Source: Octopus sinensis
Lineage: Eukaryota
DNA length: 64,000 bases
Direction: 5' to 3'
NCBI RefSeq assembly: GCF_006345805.1
Contig: NC_043013.1
Span: 33,728,001 to 33,792,000, forward strand
Position 1 is the stretch's first letter. Every line of letters begins with the position of its first letter. The notes under the pieces are model-generated. The model was not told the DNA's origin. It worked only from the letters and a program-made list of their open reading frames with translations, and ran no database searches. Positions 39,458-51,685 of this stretch are shown here, one piece after another. Made by a program: the position numbers and the translations under genes.

Positions 39458-39505
39458 GTCTTACAGCTGTTTCTGGGATATTACGGATATCCCTTCATCA
39501 GAGAC
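39458..39505 (-). ncRNA. Minimal type I hammerhead ribozyme motif in a block (39390-39742) bounded by (TA)n
   Basis: Minus strand GTCT-CTGATGA-A-GGGATAT(CCGTA)ATATCCC-A-GAAA-CAGCTG-TA-AGAC: 7 bp helix II, palindromic ACAGCUGU helix III, GUA site, 4 bp helix I. Confidence 0.8.
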
Positions 39506-39904
39506 GGTGTGAGAAAATATTTGAGTTCGAATTATTGAGGAAAAGATAGGGAATATAGAAGGAAATAAGAGAGTGAAAGTAGAAATAAGATATATAAAGA
39601 TATTGTAGTTGCAGTCCCATTATTCGAGGAAAATGGTGTATGGAAGAGGTAAAGAAATTTCCTGTACATGATGTATGAGTTCCAATAGCAGTTCCTATTT
39701 AGTCATTTCAAAGCATGGAAATGTGTTGCTCGTTCGAGAGGGATATATATATATATAATAAAAATAAGAAAATTTGTGTATGAAGCTATGTCCGCATATA
39801 CCAACTTTCAACATAAAGTTATGATTTCCTGATTAATTTAAAACATAATTATGCCAACTTTGCGCTGTTTGTATATAAATATGTGTGTGCGTGTATGTGT
39901 GTGT

Positions 39905-40082
39905 GTCTGTCTGTCTGTGTTTGTCTCCACTCCATCGCTTGGCAACTGATGTTGGTGGTTCAGCAAGAGAGACCTATAGGATAGGTACCAGGCTTACAAA
40001 GAATAAGTCCTGGAGTCGATTTCTTCGACTAAGAAGCTGTGTTCCAGCATGGCCGCAGTGAAATGACTGAAACAAATAAGAA
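39905..40082 (+). mobile_element. SINE-B 3' module
   Basis: CTTACAAAGAATAAGTCC..GCATGGCCGCAGTGAAATGACTGAAACAA. Confidence 0.8.
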
Positions 40083-40103
40083 CATTATATATATATATAT
40101 ATA

Positions 40104-40899
40104 CTAGCAGTATAACCCGGCCTTTCCCGGGATTAAGTTACGATTATTAAGCTAATCAAGTTCTTTATTTCCAGCCAAACTAAGTAATATCGACGTCAAA
40201 TTTGGGCAAAATCCGTTGAAATTGGTTATATTATATATATATTATATATATTATATATATATAATATAATATAATATAATATAAATATATATGGGCAACA
40301 GGCACGAACACACATGTACGTACGTACACCTATTGCATGTTTTGTGCATGCATATATGTTCATAAACAGAAATGAATGGAAAAATGTGGTTAAATTTGTA
40401 GATTAACACTCGCACGATTTTCACGAAGAAAAATAATCGTATTTTTTGCGTGGAATCAACTACTCTGGCCTCTTAATATGCTACAAAACCCTTTTTGTGG
40501 TCCGTGAAACGGAGTGGGTGTGGTGGAAGCCTCGGAAATTGTACCCATTTATATTGTGCAGTTCACTGACAGATTGCTACTCACCTCTTTGTTTCTTTGT
40601 TGTTAAATAAATGGATTTTTAACAAAACACTTTTTTACTCGGCGGATCTTCTTCTAGCATCCCTCTTATATAATACTTTCACTTTAATAGTGAAAGTGTC
40701 TGCATTACAAAAGAGAGATGTTTTTGTTTCACTTTTAACACGTAATACTGAAATAGTGGAGAAGATATGATATTGCTGTGGGGTCGCCCTAGGGAAAAAG
40801 TTAAGATTTTTTGCCGATGACACTCCCCGGACCTTAAGTATGGCATGTGTAAAATTTGAATAAAATTGGTTGTGTAGTTCTGAAGTTTTAGGAAAACAC

Positions 40900-40936
<37 letters not shown>

Positions 40937-40982
40937 TAGACAAACAGACAGACACACATTCTCAGTTTTATATATATAGAGA
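40104..40982 (-). mobile_element. Non-autonomous Helitron
   Basis: Minus strand starts A|TCTCTATATATATAAAA, has (TGTC)n near the 5' end, subterminal hairpin CCCGG/CCGGG (40116-40131), ends CTAG|T. Confidence 0.8.
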
Positions 40983-41040
40983 TATGTGTGTGAGAGAGAG
41001 AGAGAGAGAGGGAGAGGGAGAGAGAGATGCACACACACAC

Positions 41041-41079
<39 letters not shown>

Positions 41080-41876
41080 CACACACACAAGCTGCCTAGA
41101 ATATTTTTCAAGCATGAATACTCATAAATGTCATTATTATACCATGTGTATGTATCTATTGTTGAAAGTGGATAATTATACACTTTACACACACACACAT
41201 ATATATATTAGTACATACGTATATGTAATGTACGAATGTGTGTGTCTGTATGTATATATATATATACAAACGTGTCTTTGTGAATACATTTATATATGAT
41301 TTTATATAGGAATGCGTGTTTCTAAAGACATACCTGTATATTCATACACACACGCAAACGCCTGTATATATGTTTGTGGGGCGAGTAGTAGTGTAGTATG
41401 TAAGTATGTATTCATATATATATTCTCTTTGTGCATACACGGGCGTGGGTGTCAATGGGTTAGTACGAACATATATATGAATTGCATTGATAAAAGTTGA
41501 TCTCACTGAAAAAGGATTCCCAAATATCTTTAATCGATAAGGTTCACTCGCATTTACGGTTCAATAATACGAAATTAAATTCCCAAACTTGATCACTGGT
41601 CGTCATCGCCACCTCCACGCACACCCTTACTGAAAAGTTCTGAATCTCGTAACGGAACCTGTGACAAAATTATTCTATCTCTACATCATTGGTTGACGTT
41701 GTCACTTGGCGTTTGGATTAAATGGGAAGTCTTTCCTAGTACTTCATACACAAACACTATATATATATAATCTGTGTGTGTAGATAAGATATATAGACAT
41801 ACATTTATGTGTACATACACACAGACCAATGTAATGTATGGATACATATATATAAATATATGCATATATTCACGTG

Positions 41877-41914
<38 letters not shown>

Positions 41915-42448
41915 CATGTATATGTATATGTATGTATATATTTAGCTATAAACATATATATTCATATATATATACATACGTATATATGTATATGTGCGTG
42001 TGTATATATGTGTATATATTTATATATGTATATATATATATATGTGTGTGTGTATGTGTGTGTATATATATATGTGTGTGTGTGTATGTGTGTGTATATA
42101 TATATATATATACGCATATAAACATTCAGAAACATATATTAATATAGCGACACGCACGCATACGCATATAAAATACACGTGTGTGCATATGTATCTGTGA
42201 CTGTGCTCTGTATGTGTGTGCGTGTGTGTATGTGCACGCGGTGGCTTTAGGAGAGAAAACGTAATTTTCCGCTTGTTTTGTCCGCACGAAAACCTTTCTT
42301 GATGGGAGAAAGTTTATGTGTTATTCTTAGGCGAAATGTGTTTCGTTGTTCTTTTAAGATTTTATGAGTCCAATAAATCTTTCAGAACTGCCTATGTGGT
42401 TGTGGTTTCGTGCACATTTCCCTCTGTAAGGTGTATGCATATGAATTT

Positions 42449-42485
<37 letters not shown>

Positions 42486-42854
42486 ACATATATAGCAATG
42501 TAACTACCTTCTACATCTTCGTTCTTAGTCTTCATCTTCACAATCTCTTTTCTCAACTTTGCGCACGTTTACGTACATACATACCTACATACATAGACAC
42601 ACATATATATATATATACATGCATATAAATACATATATATATATATATATATATAAATACACATGTATATATACATACATGTATATACATACATGTGTAT
42701 ACATATGTATATATAGAGCGAGAGGCAGATAAATAGGGATATATGTATATGTGTGTGTGTGCATATTATGTGTACATATACTTATATATATACATATGTA
42801 TATTTGCCAATCTGTCTATTTGGTGTGTGTATATATATATGTGTGTATTATAAA

Positions 42855-42890
<36 letters not shown>

Positions 42891-42891
<1 letters not shown>

Positions 42892-43075
42892 TTTATTGAT
42901 AAAGCTGCAAAGGCATAACAAAATACTGTTACTCAGAGTTAAACGTTCCCATTCGTCGGACACTTTTGGTTGAGCATCATCAGGTTTTGCGAATCAACCA
43001 AAGCGATCTGACGAATGGGAACGTGAAACTCTGAGTAACCGTTTTTGTGATGTTTTTGCAGCTTTATTAATAAAC
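42891..43075. mobile_element. Head-to-head inverted pair of hammerhead-bearing Penelope-like modules between (TA)n tracts
   Basis: ~80 bp arms 42892-42973 and 42994-43073 are reverse complements around a 20 bp spacer. Confidence 0.85.
43000..43045 (+). ncRNA. Minimal type I hammerhead ribozyme motif
   Basis: AAAGCGAT-CTGACGA-ATG(GGAA)CGT-GAAA-CTC(T)GAG-TA-ACCGTTTT; same family as 17473-17524. The mirror copy on the minus strand has mutated core boxes (CCGACGA, TTAA). Confidence 0.8.
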
Positions 43076-43139
43076 CATAAACCAGAGACATACGTATATA
43101 CGCACACACGCGCACACGTATACACACACATGTATATAG

Positions 43140-43213
<74 letters not shown>

Positions 43214-43731
43214 CACACACGTGTATCTGCACTTATGTTTGTATGCAATTATGTAGAAATACACACGCATATATTTATATACAAAGAGAGAATGAGTGAG
43301 AGACAGACACACAGGCAGGGAAAGACAGAGAGAGAGAGAAAAAATGAAAATAGGGGGAGAAAGAGGGAAATAGAGGAAAAGCCACGAAAAGATTACAGTG
43401 AAATTGTTGCATGGAGTAAAGTGTCGAAAGTTTCGGTCAGACCGTTTCTTCTGGGTTAAAACGATAGTGGACAGGGAAGTAAATGTGTGCTTATGGTTAA
43501 ATTTTGCGCAGGGATTCTCAACTGCTTTAAGTAACTATGGAATTTTACACAACCAGTTGCTATGTTGATGTATGATTAGTTTTTCTTTATCTAGCACATA
43601 TTTACCACAGAAGTGGAAATGAAAATTGTAAAAGTTTCCATCACTATTATTAAGTATTTATAATTTGTAGTTGGCGATGATCGTGTATAACACCATTTCA
43701 TTCCTTCTAGAAATCTTCAGCATGATTTAAC

Positions 43732-44113
43732 CTCTTTTACTTGTTTCAGTCATTTGACTGTAGCCATGCTGGAGCACCGCCTTTAGTCGACCAAATCGAC
43801 CCCAGGACTTTGCAAGCCTAGTACTTATTCTATCGGTCTCTTTTGCCGAAACGCTAAGTTACGGGGACGTAAACACACCAGCATCGTTTGTCAAGCGACG
43901 TTGGTGGGGGGAAAACACAGACACACAAACATATACACACACACATACACATATATACGACGGGATTCTTTCAGTTTCCGTCTACGAAATCCACTCACAA
44001 GGCTTCGGTCGGCCCGAGGCTATAGCAGAAGACACTTGCCCAAGATGCCACGCAGTGGGACTGAACCCGGAACCATGTGGTTCGTAAGCAAGCTACTTAC
44101 TACACAGTCACTC
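43732..44113 (-). mobile_element. Full SINE-B, little diverged
   Basis: Near-identical to 53181-53593. Confidence 0.9.
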
Positions 44114-44993
44114 GTTAGATATATTACGAAGTAAGATTTTCCATCAAATTTAAGATGAAATTAATTTCAATCTAAAGAAAATTCGTGAAATATTCCCTAT
44201 TTATATTCATAGAACTTTAGTAATTTAGGAGAGGAGAAACAGAAAACAGTTTTAGCGTTTACGTGAAGAGTAACAGAGAGGGAGAGAGAGAGAGGGGGAG
44301 AAACAAGGAGTGAGTGGGGGCACTGAATTTGTAGAAGATGTGCTTCTATATTCAAATCTTACTAGCCTTCCCTGTTAGAATGTTTCCCGTATTTCAGATT
44401 GTTATATATCTTTATGACGGCAACACAGTAAGTGCTGCAACATAGACAATCAACATTTTACGGACGACACCCATTCGTGATACAAGGCATGACGGTTATG
44501 CGCACAGAGCTCTGCGCCCGACCGTGCACACACCGGCGAATAAGGACGGGAGTGCGAACGGACGGCCAAGGCTCCGAACGTGCTGGGATACATTTTCAAG
44601 ACCCTCCGAGATTTTCAAAAAGCAATTTTAGTTTACGCCACTGAAGCTGGAATACCGCGGTTAACTGCATCACACTTGGTTTTGTAAGGATATCTGTTGT
44701 TCAAACTATGTGATTGCGTGGTGAAAAGGCAAATATATGCGCTTGTTCGTTTTGTAGTCGGGATAAGGGTGAGCTATGATGTAATATATATCTGGAAATG
44801 ACAGATGCTCTTTAAACCTATCTCCTAGAATAGGCCTGGTATCAACTTTATACATTGGCATTTTGTACAATAGTAAATGTTTCTGGTAATGAATGAAAAA
44901 TATGTGATTAACTGGAGATGTTTCACGGCCTGCTATGATAATGTAGTTCTTTTTTTCATTGCTTGGCTGTCACTAGCTCCTTGCCTCTCTCTC

Positions 44994-45039
<46 letters not shown>

Positions 45040-45580
45040 TATTTGTGTCCTTCTAATCAATATAAATGCATATATTTCATTGCGATCTTGATCTAAGTAC
45101 GATAATCGCACGTTAAAATGCGATGTATTGATAAATTCTAATAATTAATAATGGAAAATTTTACAGACTTTGATATACGGAAGTAAAGACATTTATGCAA
45201 CTGCAAACAATATAAAATAAGTGAAAACAAAAGACAGTATTCTGCTTTAAGATATTTTATTGCTATGGAAGTTATATGTATAAGTGTGTGCATGTGTGTG
45301 CGTGATAGATTGCATTTGGTATTATAAGGAAGCATTATTTAACTGTATAGTTTTGGTGGGTTTGAGTTCTTAGAACGCATGTAAAATATATGCGGTGACT
45401 GTGTGTGCGTGTTCAAGCTAAGAAGTTGCAGTCGTTGCGCAAATATGCGAGAACAAAGGTAGCACTATGGCAGGTCAAAACTCTGAGGAGCGATTAGTAA
45501 CGGTTTAGATATGAATAAAATTGTGTGCATGTATGTATGCGTGTATATATGTATGTGTGTGTGTGTGTGTGTGTGTATGT

Positions 45581-45715
45581 ATTGGTTAGAGTGTTGGACT
45601 TACGATCGTAAGATTATGGTTTCGATTCCTGGCGATACATTGTGTTCTTGAGCAAAACACTTCATTTCACGTTACTCCTGTCCACTTAGTTGTAGAAATG
45701 AGTTTAGCCTGGAGT
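45581..45715 (+). mobile_element. SINE-D 5' part
   Basis: TGGTTAGAGTGTTGG..TTCGATTCCTGG..TTGTGTTCTTGAGCAAAACAC. Confidence 0.7.
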
Positions 45716-46484
45716 GTGGTGGGCTTCACCAGGCTTTCTCGCCGTCAATACTGCAGCGCCCCAGTGACCCCCAAGTGGTTAAGGGACTTTTCGTTGTCAT
45801 ATATGTGTGTGTTTTCATATATGTATGTATATATATATATATATATATAGATATATATATATATATTTATATACACACACACACATATGTATATATAAAT
45901 CTTTACAAGGAAAATGTAGACATTGATTTCAATAACTCAGCTCCTTAGCATCATTAGAACATGCTTTACTTTGGACTTTCTAGGTTTGTTTAGCAAACCA
46001 CGGTCTGATGACAGTTACAAGCTGAAACTTGTCAACTTTTACCGCGCATAAATTGATGTGTACTCCACTGCAAGATTTCAGTATTCCTTACGTTTAATGT
46101 TAAATTTATACTATATAAACTTCACATATAAACAAACATTAATATGTGTGTGTATGTGTGCGTGTGTTTGTGTGTGTGTGATTGTGTTTATGTGCATGTA
46201 TATTTATGTTTGTGCATGATTTTCTCTGTGTGGTTTTGTGTATGTTTCTGCTTTGCGTGTGTACAACTTCAGATCTTTGTCCAAGAAGTAATATAACTGA
46301 ACATATACTAATTCTAATTAAGAAAATTAGAAGAAAAAAAAATTTTAAACTTGCGATTATAATCTCCCTTCCTTAAGTATTGAAAGTCCACTTTGCAGCG
46401 TTGAAAATAATTGATATGTCTGTGGTGAATATGTGAACAACAGAAAACCACAATACTCACGATGTATAACGCGTATACACACAC

Positions 46485-46559
<75 letters not shown>

Positions 46560-46621
46560 GAATGGGCCAAAATTCACGCACCATTACATCTGACATTTAT
46601 AATACGTTGTTATTATTATTA

Positions 46622-47135
46622 AGAGAGCAGTGCATGCTAATACAGTGACACTGGTGTGAAATATACGAAGGCCAATACATCCACTATGACAACCTGTTTG
46701 CTGAGAGTACACCAGGCACATGTATCAGAACCATATGTGCGCGACATTAAACAGCACATGACCGTATAGATGGGGCCCAGTTAGAATTTTCTTCACGTCG
46801 AGTAGCCCACCCAACTCAAAAGGTCCCTGAATGAAGTTTGTTTTAAGGATGATGAACAAAACACCTATGTTTCCACAGGTGAATTATTCAAACCCCAAAG
46901 AATTCCTCTCAACACATAGCTATGATGCTCCAAAAAATACTACTGCTCGTAATCAGAGCTGCACTTATCGTCAGCCGCTAAGTGACATGTCAAACAATTG
47001 ACAAGAAAAGCAGTTGAATTGAGACGATGTAGCCCATCTTTTATGCCACGACAAAATACGTACATTGTTAACACTTCCAATCAGTTAAGATCAGAAGCCA
47101 TGAGAGCCACTGCCTGGTACTGCATCAAGACATTT
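46622..47135 (-). mobile_element. Family C, second copy, in (ATT)n
   Basis: Colinear with 4951-5504; shares AGAGAGCAGTGCATGC and GAGAGCCACTGCCTGGTACTGCATCA ends. Confidence 0.8.
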
Positions 47136-47345
47136 ATTATTATTATTATTAGTAGTAGTAGTATTCATGTTGTTCATCATGTACGTTTGTATTCATCATT
47201 ATTTCGTTTATTTTATACAATTTTAGTTTAAATTGATGCAAGTCTTTGATAATTCCGGAGCGTATTGGACTTCTGTGCGTGACGTCTCGCCCACTCCGTA
47301 TGGATGTATGTATATATGTATGTATGTGTAATATATATATATATA

Positions 47346-47513
<168 letters not shown>

Positions 47514-48204
47514 ATATATATATTATATATATATATATATTCAATACCTTGTAAATATCTGGTTTAGTTGTGAGTTTATCAATCAAATGCATTTCTTTGA
47601 AAGTAGAACTGGTGAAGATTGACAAAGCGTCATTATAAAAACATAGAACTTAGTAATTCCCATTATCTGTCATACTTTGACCCATAAGCGAAGGGAGATT
47701 TTAATAAAATATTTGATAATCTTTAATATTATGATTTTAAGATAGCGTAAATAAGAAAGTGAAAAATATGATATAATTATTTGATATTTGGTTACAATCG
47801 ATATTAAATGTAAAAATTGAATGCATATTTTGATGTTTTCTCTTCGAGGTTCTCTATTATCTGGTCTGTGTTCTTTTCACAATTTCAAGCTTGAAATATG
47901 TATTTCCAAATTGGTCGCCTGTAAAATTTTAATAAAAAGAAAAATACATAAATAAATAATTAAATAGATCAAATTCATAAGGAAAATAAAATAAAAAGCA
48001 ATATATATGTGTGTGTGTGTAAGTGAGTGTGAGGTGTATGTGCGTGTGTTTTAAATGAATAGGAATAAACATTCTGACAATACAAAACAGGAAATTTAGA
48101 AGTCAAAAGGTAAGCAGATTGTGCTGTCACGGTTTTCAGAAATACACAAGGGACGGGGACAGCTTTTTGACTTTTTATTTACATTTAGTCAGTAAAAGGG
48201 AAAA

Positions 48205-48366
48205 GGGCGCAGAGGAATTTAAGTGGTTAAAAGCTTGTTTCCCAATCACTGTTTTCGTGTTCAATCCCACTACGTGACACCTGTGGCAAGTGTCTTCTAA
48301 TGTAGCTTCAGGCCAACCAAAGCCTTGTGAGTGGATTTGTCAGACGGAAACTGAAAGAATCCTGCC

Positions 48367-48401
<35 letters not shown>

Positions 48402-48740
48402 TGTATGTATGTATGTATGTATGTATATCTGTAGATTAATATGTGACAATTATACAATAGCCAAGATGAAACTCCACAACACCATCTCTTGGCTATTGTA
48501 TAATTATCACATATTAATTTACAGATAAATTTCCTCTATTTACATAATATTGAGGTCTCTTTCTTTCTTTTGTTATCTTACCGTTTTTACCAATATATAT
48601 ATGTATATATGACATCTTTGTATTTTTTGTGTGTTTGTCTTCCCACCAAAGCTCGACAATTGGTGTCAGTGTGTTTCTCTCTCCGTAATTTAGCGGTTCA
48701 GCAAAAATGAGACTAATATTACCAGGTTTAAAAAAATGAG
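48205..48740 (+). mobile_element. SINE-B split by an insertion in its internal microsatellite
   Basis: 5' module 48205-48368, (TATG)n, foreign block 48427-48595, truncated 3' module ~48628-48740. Confidence 0.7.
48427..48595. repeat. Inserted block containing a ~42 bp-arm inverted repeat
   Basis: Arms 48427-48468 and 48483-48526 are near-perfect reverse complements. Confidence 0.8.
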
Positions 48741-48883
48741 AACATTTTGTTGGGTTCCTTACAACAGAATTGCATCACCAAATGCACAAAATACCAATTG
48801 GTTGTTTTAAATCTCACAAAGTATTATTTCTTACTGCGTAATTTCATGAATAGTTACTTCTTCGATCTTTCACACAATTTCTG

Positions 48884-49115
48884 TCTTTTACTCGTTTCAG
48901 TCATTTGACTGTGACCATGCTGGAGCACCGCCTTTACTCAACCAAATCGAGCCTAGGACTTATTCTTTGTAAGCCTAGTACTTATTCTATCGGTCTCTTT
49001 TGCCGAACCGCTAAGTTACGGGGACGTAAACACACTACCATCGGTTGTCAAGCAATGTTGGGGGTGGCAAACACACACAAACATATACGCACATGAATAC
49101 ATACATATATATATC

Positions 49116-49173
<58 letters not shown>

Positions 49174-49188
49174 TATATTATACATATA

Positions 49189-49242
<54 letters not shown>

Positions 49243-49465
49243 ATATATATATATTATATATATATATATTATATTATATATATATATATATATACATATA
49301 TACGATGGGCTTCTTTCGGTTTCCGTCTACCAAATCCACTCACAAGGCTTTGGTCGGCCCGAGGCTATAGCAGAAGACACTTGCCCAAGGTGCCACGCAG
49401 TGGGACTGAACCCGCAACCATGTGGTTCGTTAGCAAGCTACTTGCCACACAGCCACTCCTACGCC
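48884..49465 (-). mobile_element. Full SINE-B with expanded internal (TA)n
   Basis: Both modules intact; ~220 bp TA-rich middle. Confidence 0.9.
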
Positions 49466-50876
49466 TATAGTCTATTCAGTTTCACTCACAAGTTTTTCAG
49501 CGACCCAAAGTTAGAGAGCACTAGCGATGCAGCCAACAATGTATGAAATATTCATTTATTTATTTATTTATTTACCACTTAGAGAACAATTGATTCGCCA
49601 GTGACAAGTTTCCAACGAAACAATCAGTGGTTGACACCAATCGAAATGCTTTAGCCATGATTGAAAGTGTTTTTCATTATTTGTATTGTAAATGTTCTTA
49701 GTAAAGAAATGAAAGTCATGAGTTCCCATTCCTGTCCAAACTATGTTGTTCTGTAGCGTCTATCAATAATCAATACCGTTTGTGTTAGAGCAATGGGAAA
49801 CAACAAATAAACAAGGCAAACATAGACCTCTCAAGCGCTATCATATCATTTGTTTTTCTGGTTTATTTTGACACATTCACTGATGCTGATTAATAGAAGT
49901 GTGCCTTTGTATATAGTTATATTTCCTTGTATATTAAATACACACACACACACACATACACATAACTGACAACGAAGAAGAGAGTGGAGATTTATTCACA
50001 TCCAAAACTTTCTTATTAAAAAGTTTTCTCCAGTATATATAACATTGACCTACATATGTTTCGACTGCAGCCACTGCACATTGCTCTGTAAGCAATTATG
50101 CATCCTAGTCACTGCAATTTCATTAGGAGTCCATCATGACGTTTTCAAAGTGAACTAATTCAAATTAGCGGCTTGTATTGGTATTTAGTTATAGGTAATA
50201 GCGTTACTTTTTAAATCCAATGGAATTCTGGTCATATAATCACCTCTGGTGGTACTACAGTTGAAACGTGTTTTAAAATGTTTATTCAGATTTCAATTAA
50301 TTGTATCAGTTTTGTCTACGGTTTGCTGTATGGAGTACATTACTTTTTCAGAGGATTTTTAAAAACTTATTTTGGGTTTTTTGCCCTCAATTAATATTGT
50401 TATTGTTAGTAGTAATAATTAATATTGTTATTGTTAGTAGTAGTAGTAGTAGTAGTAGTATAAATATCATTAATTATTACAACCATTATTCTTACTCGCA
50501 TAATTACTATAGATGGTGAGTTGTGTTTATTGAAACTGTTTAAGCGTATCTTTTCTCAACTGTGGATATGTTATAGCCTGTTCCTGTCTTGTGTTTATAA
50601 CAGTAAATTTAGAAGTAAAATTTGGTGCATTTCTTCCACACAAAGATTACATCTTTTATCACCTTACTAATTATTTCCCAAACAATCTAATATACTTTAT
50701 TACTATCTTTTATTACCCGAATTAGTTTATTAAGGCTAGTAGTATTCATTTTGTTCCCATTTCTAAACGAATACAAATGACTGGCAATTATTTGCTCAAT
50801 GTAACGTGAACAAGCTCCTATATAGAAATTCTCTGAAGTAACATTACATCTATATACAATATATTTATAGCTACAA

Positions 50877-51173
50877 TTAGTTAAGTGGGCAGACTCTGTT
50901 CCTTACACAACCGTATTTGATAGTTCTACTACTTCCATTAATAGTTTTCGCTTCAGATTCACTAGAAGTGATTTCTAAATTCTCTTGTCTATCTCCTAAG
51001 CTATTGCTCTTTCTCATATAGACAAGATTCTGAGTACTGCGCTTTTGAAGATTCACATCTTCCACTTCAAGGCTAACGTAGGAGTTTGTTCGGCTAGCTT
51101 TTATTTTGCTGGTTGTTAAACCATAGTTCCTCTCTTTATATCTAGTTGGGTTACTTATTGCTGGTTCGCTCAT
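50877..51173 (-). CDS. 98-aa non-repetitive ORF, unknown (possible small gene or terminal exon)
   Basis: CAACATG start context, ordinary amino-acid composition, AATAAA about 150 nt past the stop (50726-50731 and 50709-50714, minus strand). No homology recognised. Confidence 0.2.
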   Translation of the reverse strand: MSEPAISNPTRYKERNYGLTTSKIKASRTNSYVSLEVEDVNLQKRSTQNLVYMRKSNSLGDRQENLEITSSESEAKTINGSSRTIKYGCVRNRVCPLN

Positions 51174-51547
51174 GTTGATATTGTTGCAATTTATTGACCT
51201 ATAATTATTATTCTAGTTACTATTGTTATTATTTGCATGAAAACTGTTTAATCTACTAGCGTTGTGTGATACGATAATTTGTGATGATTTTTTTGTTATT
51301 CGAAAAGTCTAGTCTACGCCTATGTTTATTAAATATTCTATAGAATTTACGGTCTTTTAGAAAATATTAAGCCAATTCCAAATGGAACAGTTTTGGTATA
51401 TTGGAAATTATTTGTTTTCCGAAGGGAATTATTTATCACTCGATATTGCTAGAGGTATCGCTGTTATTAAGGTGCATATTGCTAATTATACCTAAGCTTT
51501 TTGTAGAATTATATAGTTATGCATGTATGCATGAGTGTGTATATATT

Positions 51548-51685
<138 letters not shown>

